DNA from: Minisyncoccia bacterium
GTDB lineage: Bacteria; Patescibacteriota; Minisyncoccia; JACQLN01
Direction: 5' to 3'
Length of the DNA stretch: 47,343 bases
NCBI GenBank assembly: GCA_049274895.1
Contig: JBASTM010000014.1
Coordinates: forward strand, 1-47,343
How positions within the stretch are numbered: position 1 is the stretch's first letter; every line of letters starts with the position of its first letter. The notes under the pieces were generated by a model. That model saw only the letters and a program-made list of their open reading frames with translations, had not been told where the DNA came from and did not search any database. The translations under genes and the position numbers were made by a program. Shown piece after piece: positions 1 through 7,748 of this stretch.

Positions 1-162
1 GGCGAAGACGACGGTGACGGCGAAGGCGGCGAAGGCGGCGGTGGCGAAGGCGGCGGCGACGGCGGCGGTGGCCGCATCATGTCCCCAGACCGCCACACAC
101 ACCTGGTACACGAGCACGTTCAGAACCACTACTGCCAGCGCCCACCAAAACAGCTTTTTCAT
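1..162 (-). CDS. Partial CDS (N-terminus only) of a small hydrophobic Ala-rich protein; continues past the left edge
   Basis: Read on the reverse strand: ATG at 162-160, AGGAGG (rc of 170-175) 7 nt upstream. Translation begins MKKLFWWALAVVVLNVLVYQ... Absent from the ORF track because fewer than 60 aa lie inside the window. Confidence 0.4.
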   Translation of the reverse strand, partial: MKKLFWWALAVVVLNVLVYQVCVAVWGHDAATAAVAAAFATAAFAAFAVTVVFA

Positions 163-230
163 CTTGCTTCCTCCTGCTAAGGGGTGGTGGTTTTAGGTAC
201 TATATTTAGTGTAGCATATCCAATATATGC

Positions 231-261
231 TTGTCAAGTAGGGGTCGGACTATGCTATAAT
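231..261 (+). promoter_or_regulatory. Putative promoter of the prepilin peptidase gene (TTGTCA, then extended -10 TGCTATAAT)
   Basis: TTGTCA 231-236, TG 253-254, TATAAT 256-261. The ATG at 269 is only 7 nt downstream and there is no SD. The reverse strand reads TTGACA at 237-232, serving the divergent gene. Confidence 0.5.
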
Positions 262-268
262 ATAGCCA

Positions 269-1021
269 ATGAACAGCACCCTCGCCTTTGTTTTAGGTCT
301 TATCGGCGGAAGCTACATAAACGCTTTGGTTTGGCGGCTGTACCGAGGTAAAAATACCGTTTGGGCGAGGTCGGAATGCGTGCGGTGCGGCCATAAGCTG
401 GGTTTTTGGGATTTGATTCCTGTGGTCAGCTTTTTGATGCTAGCCGGCCGGTGCCGCTACTGCCGAGCTAAAATCAGCTGGCAGTATCCGGTGGTGGAAC
501 TGGCAAGCGGTTTGGGCCTTTATTATCTCGCGCTTAATTTTGAACCGGATCTTTTTATCTGGCTCGCCGGAATTTTTCTGATCACGGTTTTTGTTTTCGT
601 CTACGACCTAAAATACCTTTTGATTCCCAACGGCGCGGTGCTGTTGGGGGTTGTCTGGGCGGTGGCGGGACTAGCTTATTTCGGCGGCGATTTTTTAACA
701 TCCTCGCTCGCGGCCGCGCTCGCGTTCAGTTTCTTTTTTCTGCCGTATTATTTGTCCAAAGGCAAATGGATGGGCGGCGGCGACGCCAAACTGGGTTTGT
801 TTTTGGGCTTGTGGTTGGGTTGGCCCGCGATTTTAGAGGCGCTTCTTCTGGCGTATGTTCTGGGCACGGTCGTTGGGCTTGCTCTGGTCGCGAGCGGGTT
901 CGTTACGTTCAAAAGCAAAGTTCCCTTCGGCCCTTTTTTAATTACGGGCGCGTGGCTGGCTTATATGTGGGGCGATGCGATTTTGCAATGGTATGGCAAC
1001 ATTTTACTAAACTACTATTAA
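269..1021 (+). CDS. pilD: Prepilin peptidase (A24 family, PilD-like)
   Basis: 250 aa. N-terminal CxxC...CxxC (CVRCGHKL / CRYCRAKI), a multi-TM body, and Asp motifs YDLKY and GGGDAKL typical of type IV prepilin peptidases. Followed directly by pilin-like genes. Confidence 0.85.
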   Translation: MNSTLAFVLGLIGGSYINALVWRLYRGKNTVWARSECVRCGHKLGFWDLIPVVSFLMLAGRCRYCRAKISWQYPVVELASGLGLYYLALNFEPDLFIWLAGIFLITVFVFVYDLKYLLIPNGAVLLGVVWAVAGLAYFGGDFLTSSLAAALAFSFFFLPYYLSKGKWMGGGDAKLGLFLGLWLGWPAILEALLLAYVLGTVVGLALVASGFVTFKSKVPFGPFLITGAWLAYMWGDAILQWYGNILLNYY

Positions 1022-1677
1022 TGGATAATCTAAAAACCAAAAACCGTTCCGGTTTTACCCCGTTAGAAGCAGAACGCCCCACGGCAAGCCGCGGGGGTGA
1101 ATGCCGGACAGCCCTAACGAACGCAGAGTCTAATGCTTCACGTGAGCTTCTAACGGGGTTTACGCTGGTGGAGATGATCGTCGTCATCGGCATCATTGGT
1201 TTTATGTCGGCCACGGTGTTTTCCAACCAGAACAGGGGTTCCGACCAAAGAAAACTCGCGCTGGAAACCCGCCGCCTGTCACAGGATTTTAGGAAAACCC
1301 AGAATTTCGCCTTGTCTTCCACCACCCACAACTGTTCCGGCAGTGTAAAAGCCGTTCCTTTTGGTATAATTTTAGATGCGGACGCCCCGGACCGTTATTT
1401 GGTGGTGGCTGATTGCAACGCCAATAAAATTTACGATGCCGGCAGCGATCCTATTGTATCCACTACGATTTTTAATTCTGTCAGCATAGACAACCTTAGC
1501 CCCAAGAACGGCGCCAATGCTTTAGAGATTTTTTTTGTGCCGCCCTTGCCTCTAACGGCCATCAATGCCGATGAGTCGAGTTCGGCCAGCGCCGTAATCA
1601 CCTTAAAAGGTTTAAGGAACGATGCGCTCAAGCTAAACATCTATATTAATTCCAAAGGAGCCATCAGCATACAATGA
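1021..1677 (+). CDS. Type IV pilin-like protein (prepilin N-terminal cleavage/methylation motif) with an unusually long leader peptide
   Basis: Internal ATG at 1021 of track ORF 766..1677; the upstream part overlaps pilD. G|FTLVEMIVVIGIIG motif is present. The leader carries a 105-nt hairpin-element insertion. Confidence 0.75.
   Translation: MDNLKTKNRSGFTPLEAERPTASRGGECRTALTNAESNASRELLTGFTLVEMIVVIGIIGFMSATVFSNQNRGSDQRKLALETRRLSQDFRKTQNFALSSTTHNCSGSVKAVPFGIILDADAPDRYLVVADCNANKIYDAGSDPIVSTTIFNSVSIDNLSPKNGANALEIFFVPPLPLTAINADESSSASAVITLKGLRNDALKLNIYINSKGAISIQ
1059..1163 (+). repeat. In-frame 105-nt inverted-repeat (MITE-like) insertion inside the pilin leader-peptide coding region
   Basis: 14-nt perfect inverted repeat ACCCCGTTAGAAGC (1057-1070) / GCTTCTAACGGGGT (1146-1159). 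Flanking direct repeat GGTTTTAC (1051-1058) / GGGTTTAC (1156-1163). The same stem sequence forms the terminator at 13746-13775. Confidence 0.55.
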
Positions 1678-2231
1678 TCTCAAATCTCAAATCTCAAATC
1701 TCAAATCTCAAAACTGAAAGCTGTTCGGGGTTCACTTTGGTGGAGGCCATTGTGGCCATTGGCGTGATCTCGGTCGGCTTCGTGGGTTCGCTGGTGCTAC
1801 TTTCCAAAAGTTCTTCGCAAGCCAATTTGCTTAAAAGCCGCGTGGTGGTGTCTCATTTGGCGGCCGAGGGTATAGAGGTAGTGCGAAACATCAGAGACAC
1901 CAATTGGCTCAAAGGTTTTGATTGGCGGACGGGCCTCGCCGACACAACTAACGGCATTGTGGATTACGATAGTACGGCAGTGGATGGTTCGGATACCAGC
2001 GAAGGCAGAAGGTGCCTTAACTGGAGCGGCAGTTTTTACAAACACGCCTTGGCCTCGGGCGGCTATGCTTGCAATACCACTTTTAAGCGGCATCTGGAAC
2101 TTAGCTCCAAATCGGAAACCATTTCGGGCCAAGCGGTTAACTATTTAGAAGTTAAAAGCATTATGGAATGGCGAGAGAAAACCCGCACCCAAACCATAAC
2201 CGTAGTGGATCACCTATATGATTGGAAATAG
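1674..2231 (+). CDS. Type IV pilin-like protein (prepilin motif SG|FTLVEAIVAIG)
   Basis: 185 aa. ATGA overlap with the upstream stop. Class III signal peptide plus hydrophobic helix. 5x heptanucleotide repeat right after the start codon. Confidence 0.8.
   Translation: MISNLKSQISNLKTESCSGFTLVEAIVAIGVISVGFVGSLVLLSKSSSQANLLKSRVVVSHLAAEGIEVVRNIRDTNWLKGFDWRTGLADTTNGIVDYDSTAVDGSDTSEGRRCLNWSGSFYKHALASGGYACNTTFKRHLELSSKSETISGQAVNYLEVKSIMEWREKTRTQTITVVDHLYDWK
1677..1711 (+). repeat. Heptanucleotide tandem repeat (ATCTCAA)x5 at codons 2-13 of a pilin gene
   Basis: Counted directly: five perfect 7-nt units, 1677-1711. Confidence 0.9.
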
Positions 2232-2805
2232 TAAAAAAATCAAATCTCAAATCTCCCCGAAAAGGCCAGTGGCCCTCGGGGCTTTACTGGCAAATCTCAA
2301 AACTGAAAGCTGTGCGGGCTTTACGCTGGTGGAGTTAATTGTCGCCATCGCCGTTTTCGCGGCCACGGTGACGATAGCCAGTTCTATTTTTGTTTCCAGC
2401 GTCGGCTCGCAAAGAAAAAATATCAATCAGCAGGAAGTTTTGGACAACGCCCGGTTCGTTTTGGAAACTATGGGCCGGGCCATCAGGCAGAGCACGGTGC
2501 TGACCTGCCCCGACCAAGCTGCTTGCACCGCCGACACCATCTCGCTTAATCATCCCGTCAAAGGTCCGGTAACATATCAATTGTCCAACGGCCAGATTTT
2601 GGAAAGCGGCACGGCTTTAAGCTCGGCTGGGGTGGTGGTGGAACGCTTGAGTTTTACAATTTTAGGCAATAGTCTGACCGATAACAGCCAACCCCGGGTG
2701 GTGATAAGCGTGTCGCTTAAAAATTCAAGCCCCACGCCGGGAGTAGAGGATTCAATTGATCTTGAGACCACCGTTACCCCGCGCAATTTGCAGATCCAAC
2801 AATAA
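2218..2805 (+). CDS. Type IV pilin-like protein (prepilin motif AG|FTLVELIVAIAVF)
   Basis: 195 aa. 14-nt overlap with the upstream gene. The leader shares the block AATCTCAAAACTGAAAGCTGTNCGGG with gene 1674 and carries a hairpin insert at 2255-2281. Confidence 0.8.
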   Translation: MIGNSKKIKSQISPKRPVALGALLANLKTESCAGFTLVELIVAIAVFAATVTIASSIFVSSVGSQRKNINQQEVLDNARFVLETMGRAIRQSTVLTCPDQAACTADTISLNHPVKGPVTYQLSNGQILESGTALSSAGVVVERLSFTILGNSLTDNSQPRVVISVSLKNSSPTPGVEDSIDLETTVTPRNLQIQQ

Positions 2806-2809
2806 AAAT

Positions 2810-3172
2810 ATGGATTCCCGAGGCATCGCCCTATTGATAACTTTAGTTCTTTTAGGCACAATGATTGCCACATCTTTAAGCGTGGCGGTTTTAGTGACGG
2901 GCCAAACCGGTATCACCCGCTTGGTGGATGATTCCGTTTTGGCTCTGTTTGCCGCCGATGCGGGCGCCGAAAAAATGTTTTACGCCTGCTCGGGCAAAAT
3001 TCCTTATCCGGCGCCGGCTAACTTCACCAATAGCAACCTAGGCAATGGCGCTGAATATAACGTCTATATGGCGGATGCCTTGGGGAATCAAACCAACAAT
3101 TGCAACGATACAAAAGTTATAAGTAGAGGGCAATATAACACCGCCCAGCGGTCGTTTGAAGCTAGTTACTAA
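2810..3172 (+). CDS. Minor pilin / PilX-like hydrophobic N-terminus protein (hypothetical)
   Basis: Internal ATG at 2810, 5 nt after the upstream stop. MDSRGIALLITLVLLGTMIATS resembles PilX/GspK-type N-termini. Last gene of the pilin cluster. Confidence 0.5.
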   Translation: MDSRGIALLITLVLLGTMIATSLSVAVLVTGQTGITRLVDDSVLALFAADAGAEKMFYACSGKIPYPAPANFTNSNLGNGAEYNVYMADALGNQTNNCNDTKVISRGQYNTAQRSFEASY

Positions 3173-3174
3173 AT

Positions 3175-3246
3175 GCGACACCAATATACGAATGCATGCG
3201 AATGACACGAATAAAAACCCATTTGTATCATTCGTGCGAATTAGTG
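3175..3246 (+). repeat. Intergenic repeat family R1 (GCGACACCAATAYRCGAATGC..GAATGACRCGAATAAA), copy 1
   Basis: Shares the long core with copies at 6272, 28234 and 46126. A related copy is at 22891. Contains an imperfect hairpin. Confidence 0.8.
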
Positions 3247-3261
3247 GATTAGCATCGCGCT

Positions 3262-5301
3262 ATGACGAAGTCGGCAGCCCAAGAACGAATAGCCAAACTC
3301 AAAGCGGAGATCAACCAGCACCGCTATCTTTATCATGTTTTGGATAAACCGGAGATTTCCGACGCCGCCCTGGACAGCTTAAAGCATGAACTGGTTAATT
3401 TAGAAAAAAAGTTTCCCGACCTAATCACACCCGATTCGCCCAGCCAAAGGGTGGGCGGTGCTCCGTTGCCGTTTTTTAAGAAAGCGAAACACCGCGTTCC
3501 CATGCTTTCTTTGGAAGATGTTTTTGGCGAAGGCGAGTTTGAAGCCTGGAGCCAGCGGATATTAAAATTGGTGCCCCACGAAAAGTTGGAGTTTTTTGGC
3601 GAACTTAAAATTGATGGTTTTGCCGTTTCTTTGGTTTACAAAAATGGTATTTTATCAACCGCTTCCACTCGCGGCGACGGCCAGACGGGCGAGGACGTGA
3701 CCGAGAACTTAAAAACCATAGAAGCGATACCTCTGGTTCTGCGCTCGCCGCCAGCAACAGAAATCAGAAAAATCAGTCTGGACCCTGATCGGGTCCTGAA
3801 AAGCGTAAAGTCCGGCGAGGTGGAGGTGCGGGGCGAGGTCTTTATGACCAAGGCGGTTTTTGCAAAGATAAATCGTGAGCAGAAAAAACTGGGCCTCGCC
3901 GAATACGCTAATCCCCGCAATACCGCCGCGGGCAGTGTCCGTCAACTGGATCCCGCTGTGGCCGCTAAAAGGAACTTGGATTTTTTGGCCTATGATCTGG
4001 TTAGCGATCTGGGGCAGACCCGGCATTCCCAGGAGCATGCACTTTTGAAGTCTTTGGGTTTTAAGACCGATAGCTATGCTTCGGAGCTTAAAAGTGTTGA
4101 GATGGTCAGAAAGTTCTGGGAAAAAATAAAACGCGAGAGGGAGAAATTATCCTGGGAAATAGATGGCGTTGTTATTTCGGTAGATGACAATCGAACTTAT
4201 ACCAAGTTGGGTGTGGTGGGCAAGGCGCCGCGCGGCGCCGTGGCCTTTAAGTTTCCCGGAAAAGAATCCACCACTAAGGTTAAGGCCATTATTGTCCAAG
4301 TCGGCCGCACCGGCGTACTGACCCCGGTAGCGGTATTAGAGCCGGTTGAAATTGGCGGCACCACGGTTACCCGAGCCACACTTCACAATGAAGACGAAAT
4401 CCGGCGCCTGGATGTGCGGGTGGGCGACACGGTTATCGTCCAGCGCGCCGGCGATGTGATTCCCGATGTAGTCAAAGTTTTAGTGAATCTTCGGCCTAAA
4501 AGTTCCAAAGTATTCCGCTTTCCAGCGAAGTGCCCGGTCTGCGGCGGCGAGGTCAAACGCTTAAAAGACGAAGCGGCTCACCGCTGTGTAAATAAAAATT
4601 GCCCAGCCCAACACCGTGAAGGGTTGTACCATTTTGTTTCTAAAAAAGCTTTTGACGTTGTCGGTCTTGGCGCCGAAATTGTTGATAAATTGGTTGAGGC
4701 CGGTTTGGTCAAAAACCAGGCGGATTTCTTCAAGTTGAAGTCCCGAGATCTTTTAGAATTGGAAGGTTTTGCCGAAGTCTCGGCTAGTAAGTTGGTCGCC
4801 TCCATACAAAGATCAAAAAAGATATCTTTGGCTCGGTTCATTTATGCGCTGGGTATAATTCACGTGGGCGAGGAAACAGCCAATCTTTTAGCCGTCTATT
4901 TTGGCGATCTTAACGATTTAAGGCGAGCGGGTGAGGCCGAACTGCAAAAAGTTCCGGGCATTGGAGAAAAAGCAGCGTCTAGTATTAAAGTTTGGTTTGA
5001 GGATGCGGCGAATAGGAATATTATTCGTGGATTGCTGAAGGAGATTGACGTCCAGCGCCCGCCCAAGATTTCTAAAAAACTGGCCGGCCAAACTTTTGTA
5101 TTGACCGGCACCTTGGAAAACTTGTTGCGCGATGACGCCAAAGAAAAAATCCGTCTGCTAGGCGGCGATGTTTCCGGTTCAGTCTCCAAAGAAACCGATT
5201 ACGTGGTGGCCGGCGCCAACCCCGGCTCCAAACTTGATAAAGCCAAGGGTTTGGGTATAAAGATAGTTTCTGAGCGGGAATTTATGGATATGGTGGAGTA
5301 A
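3262..5301 (+). CDS. ligA: NAD-dependent DNA ligase LigA
   Basis: 679 aa. Adenylation motif ELKIDG, a four-Cys zinc finger (CPVCGG...C...C), HhH region and C-terminal BRCT-like tail (FVLTGTL...). Confidence 0.95.
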   Translation: MTKSAAQERIAKLKAEINQHRYLYHVLDKPEISDAALDSLKHELVNLEKKFPDLITPDSPSQRVGGAPLPFFKKAKHRVPMLSLEDVFGEGEFEAWSQRILKLVPHEKLEFFGELKIDGFAVSLVYKNGILSTASTRGDGQTGEDVTENLKTIEAIPLVLRSPPATEIRKISLDPDRVLKSVKSGEVEVRGEVFMTKAVFAKINREQKKLGLAEYANPRNTAAGSVRQLDPAVAAKRNLDFLAYDLVSDLGQTRHSQEHALLKSLGFKTDSYASELKSVEMVRKFWEKIKREREKLSWEIDGVVISVDDNRTYTKLGVVGKAPRGAVAFKFPGKESTTKVKAIIVQVGRTGVLTPVAVLEPVEIGGTTVTRATLHNEDEIRRLDVRVGDTVIVQRAGDVIPDVVKVLVNLRPKSSKVFRFPAKCPVCGGEVKRLKDEAAHRCVNKNCPAQHREGLYHFVSKKAFDVVGLGAEIVDKLVEAGLVKNQADFFKLKSRDLLELEGFAEVSASKLVASIQRSKKISLARFIYALGIIHVGEETANLLAVYFGDLNDLRRAGEAELQKVPGIGEKAASSIKVWFEDAANRNIIRGLLKEIDVQRPPKISKKLAGQTFVLTGTLENLLRDDAKEKIRLLGGDVSGSVSKETDYVVAGANPGSKLDKAKGLGIKIVSEREFMDMVE

Positions 5302-5346
5302 TTGACTGAGAATCGCTATTTTGCTATGTTGATTAACATTAATCAA
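5302..5346 (+). promoter_or_regulatory. Promoter (TTGACT-17-TATGTT) plus palindromic operator-like site for the TA pair
   Basis: TTGACT 5302-5307, TATGTT 5325-5330. Palindrome TTGATTAAcaTTAATCAA at 5329-5346, followed by ATCAAT direct repeats. Confidence 0.5.
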
Positions 5347-5357
5347 TATCAATCAAT

Positions 5358-5618
5358 ATGGTAAACGTAATTCCCATAACTAAAGCCCGTATAAACTTGG
5401 GCAGTATTGTAAAACGAGCCCGATTAGGCAAGGAGTATTTTGTTTTGGAAAAAGACGGCTATCCCATGGTTGGTCTTATGGATATAGACGCTTTTGAGGA
5501 TTTTTTGGAAAACCGCGAGCCAAAAATTAAAAAACAGATAGCCAAATCCTATAAAGAATATAAAGCAGGCAAAATGCGCCCAGTCAGTCTGTTGCTTAAA
5601 GAGTTAAATAAAAAATAA
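5358..5618 (+). CDS. Type II antitoxin, Phd/YefM family
   Basis: 86 aa. N-terminal ...IPITKARINLGSIVKRA...YFVLEKDGYPMVGLM pattern typical of Phd/YefM. Sits immediately upstream of a RelE/ParE-like ORF. Confidence 0.8.
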   Translation: MVNVIPITKARINLGSIVKRARLGKEYFVLEKDGYPMVGLMDIDAFEDFLENREPKIKKQIAKSYKEYKAGKMRPVSLLLKELNKK

Positions 5619-5627
5619 AGTTTTAGC

Positions 5628-5903
5628 ATGGCGTTCAAGGTTTACACTACTTCCAGCTTTGATCGCGAACTTAAAAAAGCGGTGAGCAAAGATCGTGTGT
5701 TGCTCACCGCTTTTGAAAATATTGCGGCTGTTTTTTCCGCCGATCCCTTCAATTCAAAAAGAGAGTATAACATCAGAAAACTTACCGACGTTGATCACGG
5801 TAAATGGAGATTGCGTCTGGGTGACTATCGGATTAGGTATGATGTTGATGGTCAAAAAGTGATATTGCATTCAATCAAAAATAGAAAAGACACTTATAAA
5901 TAG
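5628..5903 (+). CDS. Type II toxin, RelE/ParE family
   Basis: 91 aa. WRLRLGDYRIRYDVDGQKVILHSIKNRKDTYK matches the canonical RelE/ParE C-terminal pattern. Confidence 0.85.
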   Translation: MAFKVYTTSSFDRELKKAVSKDRVLLTAFENIAAVFSADPFNSKREYNIRKLTDVDHGKWRLRLGDYRIRYDVDGQKVILHSIKNRKDTYK

Positions 5904-5979
5904 AAACCCCCAGACGTCGGACGTCTGGGAAGGTTAGGTCAAGTTTTACCTGTTTTTCAAACCTGTTATTATAAACAGT

Positions 5980-6315
5980 ATGATAAGCAAGGAAGAAGTT
6001 AAGAAGATTACCGAGCTAGCCAGGATAGAAATTCCGGAAGATCAAATAGAAAAATACCAAACCGAACTTTCGGCTATTTTGGATTTTGTGGGCCAGCTCT
6101 CAAAAGTAGATACCTCGGGCGTGGATCCGATCAGGCAAATAACCGGTTTGGAAAGTATTTTTAGAAAAGACGAAGACCGCGGATTGGTTGATCAACAATC
6201 AGGTCACGAATTGGTCCAACAGGCGCCGGAGCATAAAGGCGGATATTTTATTGTGCCCGAAGTGCTAAAGCGCGACACCAATACACAAATACGCGCGAAT
6301 GACGCGAATAAATAA
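5980..6315 (+). CDS. gatC: Glu/Asp-tRNA amidotransferase subunit C
   Basis: 111 aa. ISKEEVKKITELARIEIPEDQIEKYQTELSAILDFVGQL is typical GatC. The last ~14 aa are encoded by an R1 repeat copy. TAATG overlap with gatA. Confidence 0.9.
   Translation: MISKEEVKKITELARIEIPEDQIEKYQTELSAILDFVGQLSKVDTSGVDPIRQITGLESIFRKDEDRGLVDQQSGHELVQQAPEHKGGYFIVPEVLKRDTNTQIRANDANK
6272..6312 (+). repeat. R1 repeat copy 2, lying inside the gatC 3' coding end
   Basis: GCGACACCAATACACAAATACGCGCGAATGACGCGAATAAA aligns with the other R1 copies. Confidence 0.8.
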
Positions 6316-7748
6316 TGGACTTATCCAAACTCACAATCGAATCGGCACATAAGTTGCTAACTGATGGTGAAATATCGGCGGTGGAATTAACCTCGCACTA
6401 TTTGGCTCAAATTGATTCCAGGAACAAGGAGCTGAATGCCTTCTTATCAATCAGAGCCGACAAAGCTTTGGCCGACGCCCAAGCAGCCGATGTTAGAATC
6501 AAAAACGATCAGGCGGGTTATTTAACCGGCATTCCCATAGCCGTCAAAGACAACATTTTGGTCAAGGATGAAATCTGCACCGCCGGTTCCAAAATTTTGG
6601 AAAATTATAAGGCCGCCTACGATGCCACGGTTATCAGCCGCTTAAAAAGGGAGGGCGCGGTTATTTTAGGCAAAACCAATCTGGACGAATTTGCCATGGG
6701 TTCGTCCACCGAGAATTCGGCCTACGGCCCCACCAAAAATCCGCACAATGTTGCGCGTGTGCCCGGCGGGTCGTCGGGCGGTTCGGCCGCGGCCGTGGCG
6801 GCCGATATGTGCCTCGGTGCCCTCGGCACCGATACCGGCGGTTCCATCCGCCAACCCGCCGGTTTTTGCGGTGTCACTGGTTTGAAACCGACCTACGGCG
6901 CGGTGTCCCGCTTTGGCGCGGTGGCCTTGGGCTCGTCGCTGGACCAAATCGGCCCCTTGGCTAAAAACGTAAAAGACACGGCTTTGATTTTTGAAACAAT
7001 TTCCGGCCACGATCCTTTGGATTCAACCACCTTGCCCAGCCGCGAGCGCGGCGTCAACAAAATCAACGAACTTAACATCCGCGATCTAAAAATCGGCTGG
7101 CCCAAGGAATATTTTGAGGCCGAAGGTCTGGATCCTCAAGTTAAAGAGATGGTTATGAAGGCGATAAAGTGGTTGGAATCGGCAGGCGCTCAAATTAAAG
7201 AGATCAGTTTGCCTCATACGGCCTACTCTTTGGCCGCCTATTACATTATTCAGCCAGCCGAGTGCTCGGCCAACCTCGCGCGTTACGATGGTATCCGCTA
7301 CGGCGCCAAAGCCGACACCCCAGATCTTATAGCAACCTATTTTAAGAGCCGCGGCCAGTTTTTAGGCGCCGAAACCCAGCGGCGCATTATGGTGGGAACT
7401 TATACTTTGTCTTCCGGTTATTATGAGGCCTATTATGCCCAAGCCCAAAAAATGCGCGCTTTAATCAAACAGAATTTTATCAACGCCTTTGAAAACGTGG
7501 ACGTGATTATGGCGCCGGTTTCGCCGGATGTCGCTTTCAAACTGGGCGAGAAAACCGAAGACCCTTTAAAAATGTACGCGGCCGACATTTTTACCGTCCC
7601 GGCCAACTTAGCCGGTGTTTGCGGCCTGGCGCTTAGTTGCGGTAAAATTAACGAACTCCCCGTAGGGCTTCAAATTTTGGGCCCGTGGTTCGGGGAGAAT
7701 TTGCTGTTTAAGCTGGGCGAGTATTTGGAAAATGGACTTTCTTTATAG
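6315..7748 (+). CDS. gatA: Glu/Asp-tRNA amidotransferase subunit A (amidase signature enzyme)
   Basis: 477 aa. Amidase signature GGSSGGSAAAVA and downstream GTDTGGSIRQPA. Confidence 0.95.
   Translation: MDLSKLTIESAHKLLTDGEISAVELTSHYLAQIDSRNKELNAFLSIRADKALADAQAADVRIKNDQAGYLTGIPIAVKDNILVKDEICTAGSKILENYKAAYDATVISRLKREGAVILGKTNLDEFAMGSSTENSAYGPTKNPHNVARVPGGSSGGSAAAVAADMCLGALGTDTGGSIRQPAGFCGVTGLKPTYGAVSRFGAVALGSSLDQIGPLAKNVKDTALIFETISGHDPLDSTTLPSRERGVNKINELNIRDLKIGWPKEYFEAEGLDPQVKEMVMKAIKWLESAGAQIKEISLPHTAYSLAAYYIIQPAECSANLARYDGIRYGAKADTPDLIATYFKSRGQFLGAETQRRIMVGTYTLSSGYYEAYYAQAQKMRALIKQNFINAFENVDVIMAPVSPDVAFKLGEKTEDPLKMYAADIFTVPANLAGVCGLALSCGKINELPVGLQILGPWFGENLLFKLGEYLENGLSL

Noticed and set aside
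14-196. 60-aa plus-strand ORF (MTAKAAKAAVAKAAA...).
   Set aside because: Low-complexity antisense translation of the Ala-rich minus-strand gene, which has a proper SD and ATG at 162.
766-1020. The N-terminal 85 codons of track ORF 766..1677.
   Set aside because: They lie entirely within the pilD coding region in another frame. The pilin-like protein starts naturally at ATG 1021, right at the pilD stop.
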